The notes under the pieces were generated by a model. The model saw nothing but the letters and a program-made list of their open reading frames with translations, searched no databases and was not told the origin of the DNA. From contig OZ287750.1 in NCBI GenBank assembly GCA_965649765.1, positions 74,710,001-74,774,000 on the forward strand: DNA of 64,000 bases. The letters run 5' to 3'. Shown here in pieces: positions 1-12,720 of the stretch. How positions within the stretch are numbered: the stretch's first letter is position 1; every line of letters begins with the position of its first letter. A program made the translations under genes and the position numbers. Origin of the DNA: Bispira polyomma (lineage: Eukaryota).

Positions 1-190
1 TACCTCCACTATACACATAAATAAACTAGAATGTTACCCAGTAGAGTCCATAACTTCACCATATAAATAAATAAAGTAAATGGTACCCAGTAGTTTGCAT
101 ACCTTCACTATACACATAAATAAACTACAATGGTACCCAGTAGAGTGCATACCTCCACCATATAGATAAATAAACTAAATGGTACCCACT
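1..190. repeat. ~50 bp tandem repeat, about 4 copies, cut by the window edge
   Basis: Unit approximately ACCTCCACTATACACATAAATAAACTARAATGGTACCCAGTAGAGTGCAT. Confidence 0.9.
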
Positions 191-837
191 TGTGATATGT
201 GTTTAAACTACTGAGTTTTTTTAGCATTCATGAATACTTTTTTTATGATTGACTAGATTTCAATGTTTTTAGAAATGATGAGCTGAGGTTTATTAATTAG
301 TTTTTGTTGGATTGAAAGCCAGTATAAGGTTTTTAATTGTGCAGTTGTCTTTCAAAACCTGGAGAATTTGAACTAAAAGGCCACTCAGTAGAGTGCACTT
401 ATCTACCAAGATGCCACAGTGCCCCCCAAAATAACAAACATTGATTTTGAACATGCCTAGCCATGTATATGTGTTTAAAAACTTTACATGTGGTATGTTG
501 AGATTTATATATTTCAAAGAAAGTGTGTTCCACCCAGTGCATCCTAAATAGCTCCATCTCTTACCAAATTCAAGATTACCGCCCAAATTTAGAAAATTTC
601 AATATCTCTACCCATATTACAACTTTTTTATCCGAACGGCTCAAAAACATCAGATTTTTTATTTTTGATTTTGTTTATTTCTCGTACACTGAACTTTAAA
701 TAAAGTAATATTTTAACTATATGAGACATAAAACACACATAGTAACTATGTCATAGTTACATGTTCATCCATATGTTTTTGTCTTTCCAACTAACAAATC
801 AGTTAAGCTGAGCCATCTCATTCAAACATTAAACTAA

Positions 838-1168
838 ATGTATGTTCTCATATACGTGATTTGTGGCAAACAATGGACGATTGAGATCATGAAATTGGAT
901 GCTGTTTTTCTCATATAGATGACACCAGGATGTTATATTTAGAAAATCAATAGTTGTAAGCATCTAGCACATGTGACTTTTCCATCCGAATGCGATTTTT
1001 TCCGTTCTGTCACTCCCAAAAATTGGATGCGGACATTGCACATCGGATGTCATAAATCACAGTAGCACACATGAGAATAAATAAAGATTACTTATAATGA
1101 GGAAAAACTTTGCAATCACAAATTGTGCATCGTTTGCAACGAATCGGGTATATGAGAATATAGGCTAA
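838..1168. mobile_element. MITE family 1 (second copy at 43360-43626)
   Basis: Colinear homology with 43360-43626; termini GCCTAYRTTCTCAT...ATGAGAATRTAGGC. Confidence 0.7.
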
Positions 1169-1639
1169 GAAAGGGATATCAAAAGTAATTTTATGAGAGG
1201 TTCACTGTACCACTGACACAGGCTAACTACATGATGTGTGTTTGTGTATTTAATTCTACTCCTCTGTGCAGATAAAAGATGTGCTGCAGTTAAGTCAGCC
1301 AGGAAACCTCCACTTAGGTGAAGGAGAAATAGATGGGGGGAAAATACTACACACACACACACCAGTCTTAATTTGAGACAGAGTTTTTACCTCAGTTAAG
1401 AATCAGTTGAAATTAAGTAGCACAAATTTTCAGACGCCAATAGTAATTCAGTTCTAGCTGATACAGGATATATCACTGTTTTAATAAAACGGTCTTCCTT
1501 TTATTCTGCACATGTATCCTTGCCTGTAAATTAAACAGCCAGTCCATGTGTGTTGATTGAAGTTAAGTAAAATATGTTTAGTGTCTTTTTATTAGAACCA
1601 TCTTAACTTTATTTAGTAATACACCTTTTCAACATACTG

Positions 1640-2160
1640 GTACACCTCTCATGACCTACAGTTGGTAAAGAACCAAATCAAGGTTTGGCATGTGAAGCCT
1701 ACCACAGGAAATCATGGGCTGGGAATCCTCTGATGTGGTCAGGTTTGACCTTGGGCCCCTCCTTCAAGGTCAAATGAGAGTAGCCAAATTTTAAAGTGCT
1801 TATAACTCGCTTATTATTGGTTTTACAGTTTTGAGATGTGAAACAACCTATAGAAAATCATGGGCTGGCAGTCTTCTGATGTGGTCAGGTTTGACCTTGG
1901 GGTCCTCTTTTAAGGTCAAATGAGGATAGTTAAACTTAAAAGTGCTTATAACTTGTTTATTTTTGGTCCTACAGGTTTGCAATGTGAAATCAACTTATAG
2001 GCTCAGAATCTTTTGATGTGGTCAGATTTGACCTTGGCCCCTCCTTCAATATCAGACTAGGGTAGCCATGGCTTGGGTGCTAACTAGGGTGTTTCCTAGG
2101 GTACTTTGTCTTTTTGGTGGATACAAATATACATCAGTTCTACGATGCGCTAGGTCTAGT
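1640..2160 (+). mobile_element. Non-autonomous Helitron/Helentron-like element with ~140-146 bp internal tandem repeats (about 2.5-3 units)
   Basis: TGATGTGGTCAG recurs at 1731, 1877 and 2014; TTTGACCTTG...AAGGTCAAA palindromes; ends GCGCTAGGTCTAG|T. Confidence 0.65.
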
Positions 2161-3135
2161 TTATATATAAGTTAATTTATGTTACATTTAAAAGCTATTC
2201 CTATATTTTAGTAAACAAAAGTAAACAAAACTGAATTGCTTATTTTTAATCAGTAAAAATATATAGTGGACAACAGTGGATACAAAAGTAATATTAATAA
2301 TTTTTGTTCTAAGTATAGTAATACAAATATAGATTAACTTAACAAATTTTAAGAACTACGCTACTAATGTATTAACTCTGTTTATAATGTTTTATACTGT
2401 CCCCAAGCTGATGTTCTAAAATACAAATACATCTACAGTAGGCATATTTATAGCCTATTTCTTAATATTATATGACAAAGGTATTTTAAAATTGTTTGTA
2501 ATTATATTATTTTATCATCTTTTGAAAATAAAAGATATCCATCTCATAGCACCAGAATTAAAGCAATCAAAAGCAGTACACTGATAAACACTTATAAACC
2601 ATTTGGAAATATAACACAAACTGGATCTTTGTTTACCCACTGTAGGTCACCTGAGTGAAAGTGCATTTCTTTGTTGAAAAAGTCTACAGTACCGTCAACG
2701 GTTCCCCAGACCAATACTCTCTAGAACCGACCATGGTATGGGAGCCACTTCGGTCAATTTTGTTAATATATTGTATGCTGCTTTTAATAGGATTGACCAT
2801 ATTCTATCCACCACATAGGATTAATTTTTATCAACCCACATGAAGTATATCCATAATACATTTGATTTATTATTTAATCTGTGTAATTATTGTTCACTTT
2901 GATATTAAAAAATAAATCATCTGTGAAGTATATTAATAATCTAAGCATGACTACTGTTTTACTGATTAGTGAAAGTTATCTCCATTGAGCTTAGTTTGTT
3001 TTTAATGGGTCTCGTGTACGTAAAAGTCTAGACTTAAATTAACGTTTCACTGATTTCTTGGCAGAAGTATTAACAATTTGAAGCACCCATCACCCCCACA
3101 AAATCTGTTTAATATATCAATACTATTTGAAAATA

Positions 3136-3384
3136 GGGGCCGCAGTGGCCTAGTGGTTAGCAAGCATTGCGCTTCACAATCACTGGTCTCTCACCTCTGG
3201 GTGGCGTGAGTTCGAATCCTGTCGATGCCTATGTGGGAAAGGTGGTAGTTCCTTACTGTGGGCCGCTGGTTTCTCTGCAGAACCTTGACCGACTGTATGC
3301 AGTGTTTCCTCCAGCGTTTCCAACTACCCATCCCAATATAACCTACTAAAAGGTACTAGAGTGGACGTTAAATATTCAAATTCA
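3136..3384 (+). mobile_element. tRNA-derived SINE family A, full length (MetaSINE-like tail)
   Basis: Pol III A box TGGCCTAGTGG and B box GTTCGAATCC; 14 bp TSD ACTRTTTGAAAATA at 3122-3135 and 3385-3398; further copies in the window. Confidence 0.9.
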
Positions 3385-3419
3385 ACTGTTTGAAAATAAA
3401 TATATATGTACTTCAGACA

Positions 3420-4450
3420 TATAGGAAATAATGACTTTTTTTGTGAATATGTATAATAAATTTTAATGAGAGAAAAAAAGTGGATTTACGTTTATGTAAA
3501 AAACTATTTGTACATAATATGCAGGTAAATTGGACAACCGTCCTGATATGAAAACCAAAATTGCGTACATTTAAATTGTTTAAAGAAAATATGTGCCTAG
3601 AGGAATATTTGTATTTACTGAAATACCAAAGGTCTTTAATTGCCAAACTACGGAGTGGTACACTTTCATTAGCTTTTAAAACAGGTCGTTATACCAATGT
3701 AATTTTAGAAAACAGAGTATGTGTATGTACACATGTAAGCGGCTTCCGACATCAGACGTCCGATTTGCGGCTGCAATTTTTTGTCTCCTCATATATTTTG
3801 TTAATTTGTTCACATATGTCAGACTGCTAATTGCGACGCACGATCTGCGGCTTCCGAATGCGAACTTTTCGCTCCAGGACCTAAAAAATCGGATGAGAAT
3901 ATAAAATTGCACTGTTTAAGGTGATAATTCAATAGTAAGGGGAGGGGGGCGGCATGGGGGCAGAGGGGGGCGTCGGAGGGGAGAAGTAAATTGCACTTCG
4001 CAAGCCGCATACATGTGTACATACACTAAGTCTGGTATGTGATAGTAATTCTATTGAAAATGAACTTCACTTCTTATGTATATGCAAAAAATTTGAATGT
4101 ATCCGTGATAGATATTATTCTAGTTATGAAAGTAAGTATCCTGCCTTTATTACCCTAGATAATGGAAATAAATTTGCGTAAATTGTTACTAACTTAGTGG
4201 TTTCCTTTTGGAATTGTGGGATTATAGAAATAAAATTATGTCCAAATAAAATTAATATTAGTAATTAACTTTATGTACTGAATCTTTATTTGAATAGTAT
4301 ACTCTTAACACACAGTTTTACTGATATGTATTAAACAGTGACATATAAGCCTGTACAGGCTGGGTATAAAATAATTGATGTGTTGTTGTTTTCTCTGTAA
4401 AAATATATACACATGTCACTATAATAAAAAAAATAAATAAATAAATATAT
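3420..4450 (+). mobile_element. 3' fragment of a non-LTR retrotransposon ORF2 (C-terminal zinc knuckle), interrupted by a MITE
   Basis: KPKLRTFKLFK...RSLIAKLRSGTLSLAFKTGRY...ENRVC//LVCDSNSIENELHFLCICKKFECIR matches the L-x-I-E-T-G-R...C-x2-C...E-x-E-x-H-F-L-x2-C pattern; (AATA)n tail at ~4421-4445. Confidence 0.85.
3721..4026. mobile_element. MITE family 2 (~306 bp, young)
   Basis: TIR GTGTATGTACACATGTAWGCGGCTT; near-identical inverted copy at 46955-47262. Confidence 0.93.
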
Positions 4451-4738
4451 TCACTAAAATAACTAAATAAATCCTCTACTTATTATCACACTAAAATTTG
4501 TGAAAGGTATAATAAATCTGGTAAAATACAGTCTAAGAATCTAAGTCTGTCACAGGCAATATTGTTTCAAAGTTTTCTTCACATCAACAGGTAATCCTAG
4601 GTCTAACTCTAAAAGTAGCATGTACCAAAAAAAATATCACAATTATGAGTAGGTACACAGCATTGTCATTTTCATTGTCCTTTGCACAAACAAAAAGTCA
4701 CAAAAGGGATTGGGGCAATTCTCATTGGTATATATATA

Positions 4739-6366
4739 TGTTACAGTAAATATATGAAATCAGTAAATACACGTATTCACTGATTTGGTCAGTAAATACG
4801 TGTAATCCCTAAAAATTTCAGTAAATACGCGTACTTACTGGTTTTTAGGTCTAGCAAGTTCACATATTTACTGAATTGTCTCATTATTCTTTAAGTGATG
4901 ATTAACTAGCCACATTAAGTCTTTTTAATCCATGTGATGTATCATTATGTGGTAGTTGTGATTTTACAAGTTATCAAAGAGTCCATCTTTATTAAGGCAC
5001 ATTACATATAAATATATACTATGTTGTCTATCCTAAGTATATGTTATACATATTGTCCAATTTATTACACTAATATGTTACAAGTAGTCTTCAAAATATA
5101 TATTTACACCTAAAAATAAATTTTGAAATAGATTTGCTCATATAAATGACATTTTCTTATACATTACATGTCATGTGGTATATTTCATGCAGTAAATAAC
5201 ACTAATTAATTAATTACATTATTACAGAAAATATGTTCATGTATAAGTGGTTGGTAATAGTTCATTATTTATTTTAAAAGAATAAACTAGAGTGGCACCT
5301 GCTGTTGCATTTTAATTTAGGTTTATAACACTTGCATCTATTGTTTTTCCATTGATTTTCACTAGTTACATTTTGTAACTCCTTGTCCACCAAGATTTCC
5401 TGCTGGGGTCAAAATTAGGTGGTTGAGAATGTGCACTAACAGCGAATCTATGTTCAACTGAATTAGCCATTTTGTACATGTACAAATCTTAAATGAATTG
5501 ATAGCAGGCAAGCAGTCTTTACCTATACCCAATAGTATGTGGTAATTACAATTAATGGCTAACTTCAAATTCAGTGGGTGATTATTTTGAGCCCTCTTAT
5601 TCTGGTCCAATGGATTTCTCAAACTGAGAAGCCACATCTCAACATACCTGTATATCATATATAGATAATTGTATGACCAGCATCCAATCTAGGCAATTGT
5701 GAGTCTTACATGAGATTTATCTTACACAGAAGCCACAGTTTACAGTTTCAGGTACATCAAAAGAAGGGTTTGTAAAGTGTTCTGTTCATCTAATCATTAT
5801 ATTACCTTTAAAGATAGTGTGCCCTGTACAGATATGTAATTGAGTCTTTGATGATATTTGGATGCTATAGAAGTCACAGTTAACTGGTTACAATAATATC
5901 AAAAGAAAGTTTTACAAACTAGTTCCTTATAACATTTAGTCTTTATTTAAAAAAATAGTAATTTAAAATTATATTTAATTTTCACAGTTTTATAATTCTT
6001 CCATTTTAAATGTAAAATAAATAAGAGTGTTCAATTTGTATACACGTATGTAGACAATAATGTAAATACAAAATACATGTGATGCTGCATGCTTTAAAGT
6101 GACCTAACTAAATCCAGCTACTCAGTACTTAAATAACTTTAAACACAAACCGCCAAATAATACTAAATGTATATCATATGCATGAGAAAGACTGATGAAT
6201 TCACCAAACACTGATATTTATCTTTTACATGTTAATAAAACATGTAAATAAAATTTTTACATTACACATGTTTACTGAAATGACCACCAGTCAACTTGCA
6301 AAATAATGCAGGCCCAAAACCAGTAAGTACACATATTTACTGAAATTTCATATATTTACTGTAACA
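4739..6366. mobile_element. 1.6 kb non-autonomous TIR DNA transposon with TGT...ACA ends (Ginger-like termini), inserted in a (TA)n run
   Basis: TGTTACAGTAAATATATGAAAT at 4739 and its exact reverse complement ending at 6366; subterminal CAGTAAATA repeats at both ends; TATA on both flanks. Confidence 0.8.
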
Positions 6367-7278
6367 TATATATTGTCTTAAATAGACATCTTTTAAAAGG
6401 CTTACATTAAAAAAATGTGGTAGCAACAAAGACAAACATTTATGTATCAATGGTATGTAAACATTATGATTTTGTTCATATAAGGTTTTTTGTCTTTAAA
6501 AATTGTTTTCTAATATACTTAATAAAAAAATAAAAGATCTTTTTAGGTGTAAAAAATCCAAATAGATCTTTATGGGTTTTTAACATGAAATAATTTTTAG
6601 AAGGTAAATCAAATATGGCAAATGTCCCTTGTCAATCAGGTAGATGATGAAAAGTATTTATTTAAATATCCTTCATGTCTTGATGTTGTGAGTGTAAATC
6701 TTACAATATTTTTTCTTCATACAGTGTCACAATTTTTGTGCCTAACAAAATATGTTTCACAATGAAACAATGAAAGTAATAGAAAAGTAATAGATAAAAT
6801 CTATTACTTTGCAATCTATTACTATTACATTTTAAATTTTCAAATCTATTACTATTACTTTAAAACTTCAGCAAATCTATTACTATTGTATTACTTCTAT
6901 TACAAAGAGAAAAGCTTTTAATTTAGCATTTAAAACTGGAGAGTTTAGTCATATTTATATACGTAACAAAAAACACAGCTAGGTACACATTTTTATTATT
7001 AGATATTTTTTTAACTCTCGCGGACAATCTAATAATTACACCACAATTTAGTAAGTACTTTGAAACTGAAGAAGATGTAAGTAAGTGTGTAGTTTGGGTA
7101 ATATATGGGGCCAACTTTGTTAAATGTATGGGGCTGAGTTTCTTAAAATATATGGGACCGACTTAGATATCAAATTGCAGAAACTTTCATTAGTGCACTT
7201 CTGGGGGTTTTTTTCTACGTAGAAATTAATAACAGTTCCTTTTTACAAATTCATTCATATAAGTTTTAAAGTTCGTGA

Positions 7279-7468
7279 ATTTTTTTTTTTTTGAATTGGG
7301 ATATTTAATGTCCACTCTAGTACCTGTTTAGGTTATATTCGGACGGGTAGTTGGAAACGCTGGAGCAAACACACTGCATACAGTTGATCAAGGTTTTGCA
7401 CTGAAACCAGCGGCTGAACTACCACCTTTCCCACATAGGCATCGACGGGAGTCGAACTCACGCCACCC
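7279..7468 (-). mobile_element. SINE family A, 5'-truncated
   Basis: High identity to 3136-3384; A tail; imperfect ~16 bp TSD AGTTTTAA(A)GTTYGTGA. Confidence 0.88.
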
Positions 7469-8099
7469 AGTTTTAAGTTTGTGAGACCCAGATGTGATGG
7501 GTTACAACTAAAACTCTGACATTCGCGCAAAACATCTTATTTTATGCCCGAAAATTGATTTAATGACTGTATCTAGATGAATACCTTACCTAAAATTTTC
7601 GGTTTAGTATGACCAAAAAGCTCTTAGTATGTACCCTATGATAGGTTTCACCAAGTTCAATTCTAATAAAAAAGTGATGATAATTTTCTTAGCTAAATTA
7701 TGACTGTATTTCCAAATTGCTAATTGCATGCTTAAAAAGCTAGTTACATATGCTTTTTGATACATTTTAAAAAATAAAAATACCTTGAAAGGAGTCACTC
7801 ACTAGATGGACATTCAACTATTATATACGTTTGTTCTGATACAACGTTATCGGCTGATGTGGCCCCCCAGGGCCATTCCCACTCTCCTCTTGTTTCTAAA
7901 ACCCAACTGAAATTTTATCATGCAATTTGGTTTGACACAACATTTGTGGGTCTAGTGAACTGTGTAAGAACTGTAGGAACCTGACCCATGTCATAATTGA
8001 TGAATGCCATTGTATCAGTAATACTTTAAAGTATAAATATAAAGATATAACCTCAAGATTATTGAATCTATCTAGAAAAAGCTTGATAAAAACGGAACA

Positions 8100-8583
8100 T
8101 GTTTAAAGTCGTTTGACACAGCTTACTTTTCTTGAGACAGATTTAATGGGGCGGGGGTGCAGAACACACACACCCGTTTTATCAGTTTTGCTTTACCAAT
8201 TACATTTAAAATGCCTTTTCGAGGACGAAACATTTAATTTCACAGCCATATGTCCCCTTTCAACACCCTCTGCACTTTTCATGTACAAATATGTAAACAT
8301 ACATTTAAACAATATTTGAAATGTTTTTTTTATTGATACATTATTTGTTAGTGTGTTGATAAATTATCGGCCAGGTGATATTTGATACAGTATCGGTTGA
8401 GGTTTGCAACGGTATTGGGTTGCTGAATTGATACATTATTGGTCAAATATTATACGTTATTGGTTGTTGATACGTTATTGGTCAACTTGTGATACGTTAT
8501 TGGTAAGGTTGATACATTATTGGTTTTTGATACATTATCAGTTGACAATCAGTCATAACCCAGATATCGGCCGCCTCCTAGTT
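8100..8583 (+). mobile_element. Helitron-like non-autonomous element with an internal ~20 bp minisatellite (TGATACRTTATTGGT, 8430-8540)
   Basis: About 6 tandem units; ends ATATCGGCCGCCTCCTAG|TT. Confidence 0.5.
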
Positions 8584-8689
8584 ATTTTTCACAGGTGTAG
8601 CCCAAAAAATTCCCCGGCTCCCCTAAACGGAATCTTTACTTTGTACTACAACTAACCAAACCACCATTTGAAAACATCCCATACAAAAC

Positions 8690-9770
8690 AGTATTCCTAA
8701 TGGGCGTATCATCAGGAAAAAAAAAAAGACTCAAATCTATGCATAGACTTAAGTCACTGGGAGAAGATATCGTTAGCAGCATCTACTAACTTCATAGCCA
8801 AGAACCAGTTAGCTGAATGTATCTCCGAGGTTGTCTTTATGGCCCTGGCTCCACTAGATAGAAGTCTGAACACGAACAGTCTAAGATCTGACCAATGTGG
8901 AGAAAACGGCAGATATCTGGCATGACAGGAAATTGTTATCCATTTGCTTCAAGTAAGGCCACACATTAGACCAGAGCGTCGATCATCTCTACCTGGCTTA
9001 AATAGACTGTTAAACTGTGTTACATGTTGGATGATGACCACTGTTTACCAGCCAGGTAAAATCACACAAATAACCTGCTCCCATCCTGACCCTCAGCTCC
9101 AGCATTGCCCCGACCTTTCTGAAAAATTTGGGATGAATAAACCTCCTTAATTAGTGACTTTAAAAACTATTCCCAAAATAGAATGAGACAACCAAGCAGA
9201 TTCTCGCACAGATGCAGCCCTCATTTTTTGTGAGGGTTCTGGCCACTCAGCATAGGTTAGTTACCACTAAGCATTGAAGTTTGACAATTAAGGATCTATC
9301 TACACAACCTGCAATGCAGTCAAAGCAACATGTATGGCGAGTGGTTGTTTTCCATGTTTTAAGGTCTCCCCCAACCAGGCACTGGTGTGTCTTTAAGAAT
9401 GCCTGAATTGTACAGGCATCTACATTATGGCTTGCCTAAATATTTCTATCCATACTTGCATTAGTACAAGTGTTAACACTAGATGTGGAAATGCCAATAA
9501 CAAATTCTGATATACCTAACTTTATAGGTTGAGGTTGCAGATGTCAAATGTTCAAAGTTTTCCATTCGATGGTTCTACCCTATGGAATGCGTTTCTCAAT
9601 ACATTAGTACAGTTTCTATCAAAAATTCCTTTACAAGCGGGTTAAAAAGATATTAGTTAAATGATGCATTGCTTCCACAGTCCTCTTCCTATGAGGTTAG
9701 ACAACTTTGTTTGGTTTATTACATGTTTTTACAAATGATTTTCGCGTCCTGATTATCATGATGATATAGC
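8690..9770 (+). mobile_element. Heavily decayed CR1/L2-like LINE ORF2 relic
   Basis: The 3' part translates to fragments like HxxxxxxNTR...F...GSTLWNA, typical of CR1/L2 ORF2 C-termini; many stops and frameshifts. Confidence 0.45.
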
Positions 9771-12613
9771 ACCTCAAACTTTGTGCCATTTTGAAACACC
9801 AAGTGAAAAAAAATTGTTTTATATTAATATATATTTATATAATTTATTTCCAGCTTCATAATCTACAAGTTGGACATATTTGTACAAGAACATAATATTG
9901 GCATGTGATTATACAAAGTCACCCCAAGATATATATATATATATATATACTGTAACATGTATATCTACAATGTAAGAAACTATCTGGTACAATAATGACA
10001 GAACCTTCTTCAACTGCCTGAAAATATTGATCAGAGTTGATTTGACATAAAGTACGACCAGATCAATATTTGTCAATACATACACATATATCTAAAATGC
10101 AATTTTTAAAGCAACTATATATGCAAATATAATATAAAATACAAAGTAATGTAACAAAAATAGTATTTGCAGACTTTAAGATAAGCCATTTCGGGGGTTT
10201 CTTTCTGCACAGAAAAATTCAGCTGACAATAATTGCAAATCGCTCCTAAACTGACATAAACCTCTTTCTCTAAATAAGGATATGATTAGCTGTCCTATGC
10301 TGACATTATACCTCTTTTAGGTTATGATGAGCTGTCCTAAACTGCCGACATTACCCTTTTTTACTCCGAGGACAAATCAAAAGATGACTGAACATAAAAA
10401 GATGAATTGCCTTTATTTTTATAGAAACACTATACATGATCCTGCACTAAAAGAATCTCACTTAGAACACCGGCTTTGTCATGGCAGCCGATATTCCAGC
10501 GTCTAAAACTTGCTTTTATGCATAAACCCAAATGCCACATGTATAGCTTTCTTTATAAATGAGAATATTGTATAAGCAGAAACTTGTCATTGGAATAATT
10601 TTATTGATAATTTAACGAAACAATTGTAAAATACCAAAATTTTGTTACAGCTCGAAATTCTACTTTGTACAGTAATCTAGACATGTCACTCTTGGTGATA
10701 AGAGATTTCAGCCAAAAAGTCCAACTTTAAGGCCTTTTAAAAAGATGGCCCAGGCTTACCACTGCTATGTCAGCTTTTTTATGTTTTCAGTTTTTTTAAG
10801 TATAAAAACAAACAGGTTTTGTAATCAGAGCGAAACACAATTTAGAAAAACAAAATTGAATTTTTTCTTAATTCCCCACTTATGCAATATTCAGCAATCT
10901 ACAGTAATTTACTAGAGTCAAAATATATTTTACCTAAAAGCTCTTTACTTAAAAAGTATTTCAACTGCCAAGCATCAAGGTATTTCTTCTTATTGGTCTG
11001 CTGATACACGATCAAATATCGTAAGTTTCCCACATTTTTAAGCAGCAACTGTTTTTTCTTCTTCTTTATGGAATGTCCATTAGGAAATTCTTTCCTACAA
11101 TAATTATTAGTTCTCAACCTATTTCTTCCCAATTACCTGCGTAGATATAAACATTTAAAACTCTTGAACTGTGAAGTTTTTACATAACAATACCTAGAAG
11201 TACCCCATGATTATTATCAAAAGGCTCGTTCATCTAAATTTTCCAATTTACATTAAATTGGCAAAGGTTTTAAAAGTGAAGTAAGCTGACAAAAGGGAAG
11301 AAACTGTGAACTATCGGCTTCACCTATTTATTTGGTCAATGTTAACTCCATTTTAAGAATGCCCACAACTTTTCCTTTGATTGGAGGGGTTAACTTCAGA
11401 CGACCTATATATATATCCATAGCTAATCATACACAGCTGGGCATTATAATATACATAGATACAGAACGTCAGCGTGAAAGAGTTACTTCCATTGAATTGA
11501 TTTTTTTCAAAAGTTAGTATTAAGGACATGATCAATATCAGTATATAGATATAAAGACTATTCTATAAGTTATACATGTATATATAAATGTATATAGCAT
11601 AAAGATGTGACTTAAATATATACTAGTAGTACTCCATAGACAGTCATCTATATAATAAAACCTGTACAACTGTTTATATCACTTGTACAATTAAAACAGA
11701 CACACTAATCAGAGAAATAAATTGTAAAGAAACCTAATAACTTGGTCACAAAACTAGAAAACTCGCCATCAACAATATTCCTCTTTTTTTATTAATCTAT
11801 TACTTGGCGTTAAATATATATAATCTTTTTTTCTTAGTTTTTCTTCTGTTATGGCAATTTTTTTAGACTTCTTAAACCAAGTTGAGGTTTCATCTTCTAA
11901 CATCAATGGCCACTATGTTTCTCTTTAGCAAAAAAAGTCATATAATAAATGGTATAAATAGATAAGAATTTGTACACTCTCTGTTGGAATACATAACATA
12001 CACAGTCAACAAAAGTAATAGCTAATATGCACACAAAGATTGTTTTGATACTTGATCGTCACAGCTATAATAATTATGATAAAAGTTTTCTAACAATATT
12101 CAAATGATCTACACACACTAGCAGCACCCTCTGTTATCAGAACATGTTGAGGGGGAGAGAGATAGTAAAATAATCTTGTTCAGATAACAAGAAGAGTTGT
12201 TATAAAAATAGAAAGAGAAATTTTTAGTAATTAAACAATTAAAACTTTTAAATCTGAGAGAGTAAAAGTCTGTTCATAAAATGATACGTTTTAAAAAAAT
12301 AGAAGTTCAGATAGTAGAGATTTTACCATGCATTGTTTACTTTTATGTACAACTGATTTACTAATATTTTTTTTAAATGATAGCCCCTATTCATCGCATG
12401 ACTTCCTACATTTAAATGTCATCTTGTATTTTTACACCCTATTAACAAAGAACTGTCCAGACTAGAAAGTCATTCTTTCGGTATCTTCACAACACATTCA
12501 AGAGTTTCATTTCTTTGGTAGCAACCAATCGGATAACTCAAAGCAACTGAATCAGCCAATAAAATCTTCCGAGACAGAAATGCTAAAAAAAATATTGGGA
12601 ATACTATGGACAC

Positions 12614-12720
12614 GGGCCGTATTCATGAAAGGTCTTAGCCCAGTCTTAGGCTTAAATCCGTATACTTTTGTGCTAGATTTAAGCCTAAGCCCTGGCCAAG
12701 ACCTTTCGTGAATACGGCCC
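12614..12720. mobile_element. 107 bp palindromic MITE with Harbinger-like termini
   Basis: GGGCCGTATTCATGAAAGGTCTT...TTAGGCTTAAATC // GATTTAAGCCTAA...AAGACCTTTCGTGAATACGGCCC; flanks CAC/CAG resemble a CWG TSD. Confidence 0.85.

Noticed and set aside
882-902. bantam-like TGAGATCAT
   Set aside because: It lies inside a MITE, is absent from the second copy, and forms no hairpin.
3136-3225. tRNA gene
   Set aside because: The A and B boxes continue into a SINE body with TSDs and multiple dispersed copies; no proper cloverleaf.
3676-4022. Repeated peptide ORFs here and at 46841-47265, suggesting a gene family
   Set aside because: They are translations of two copies of the same non-coding MITE.
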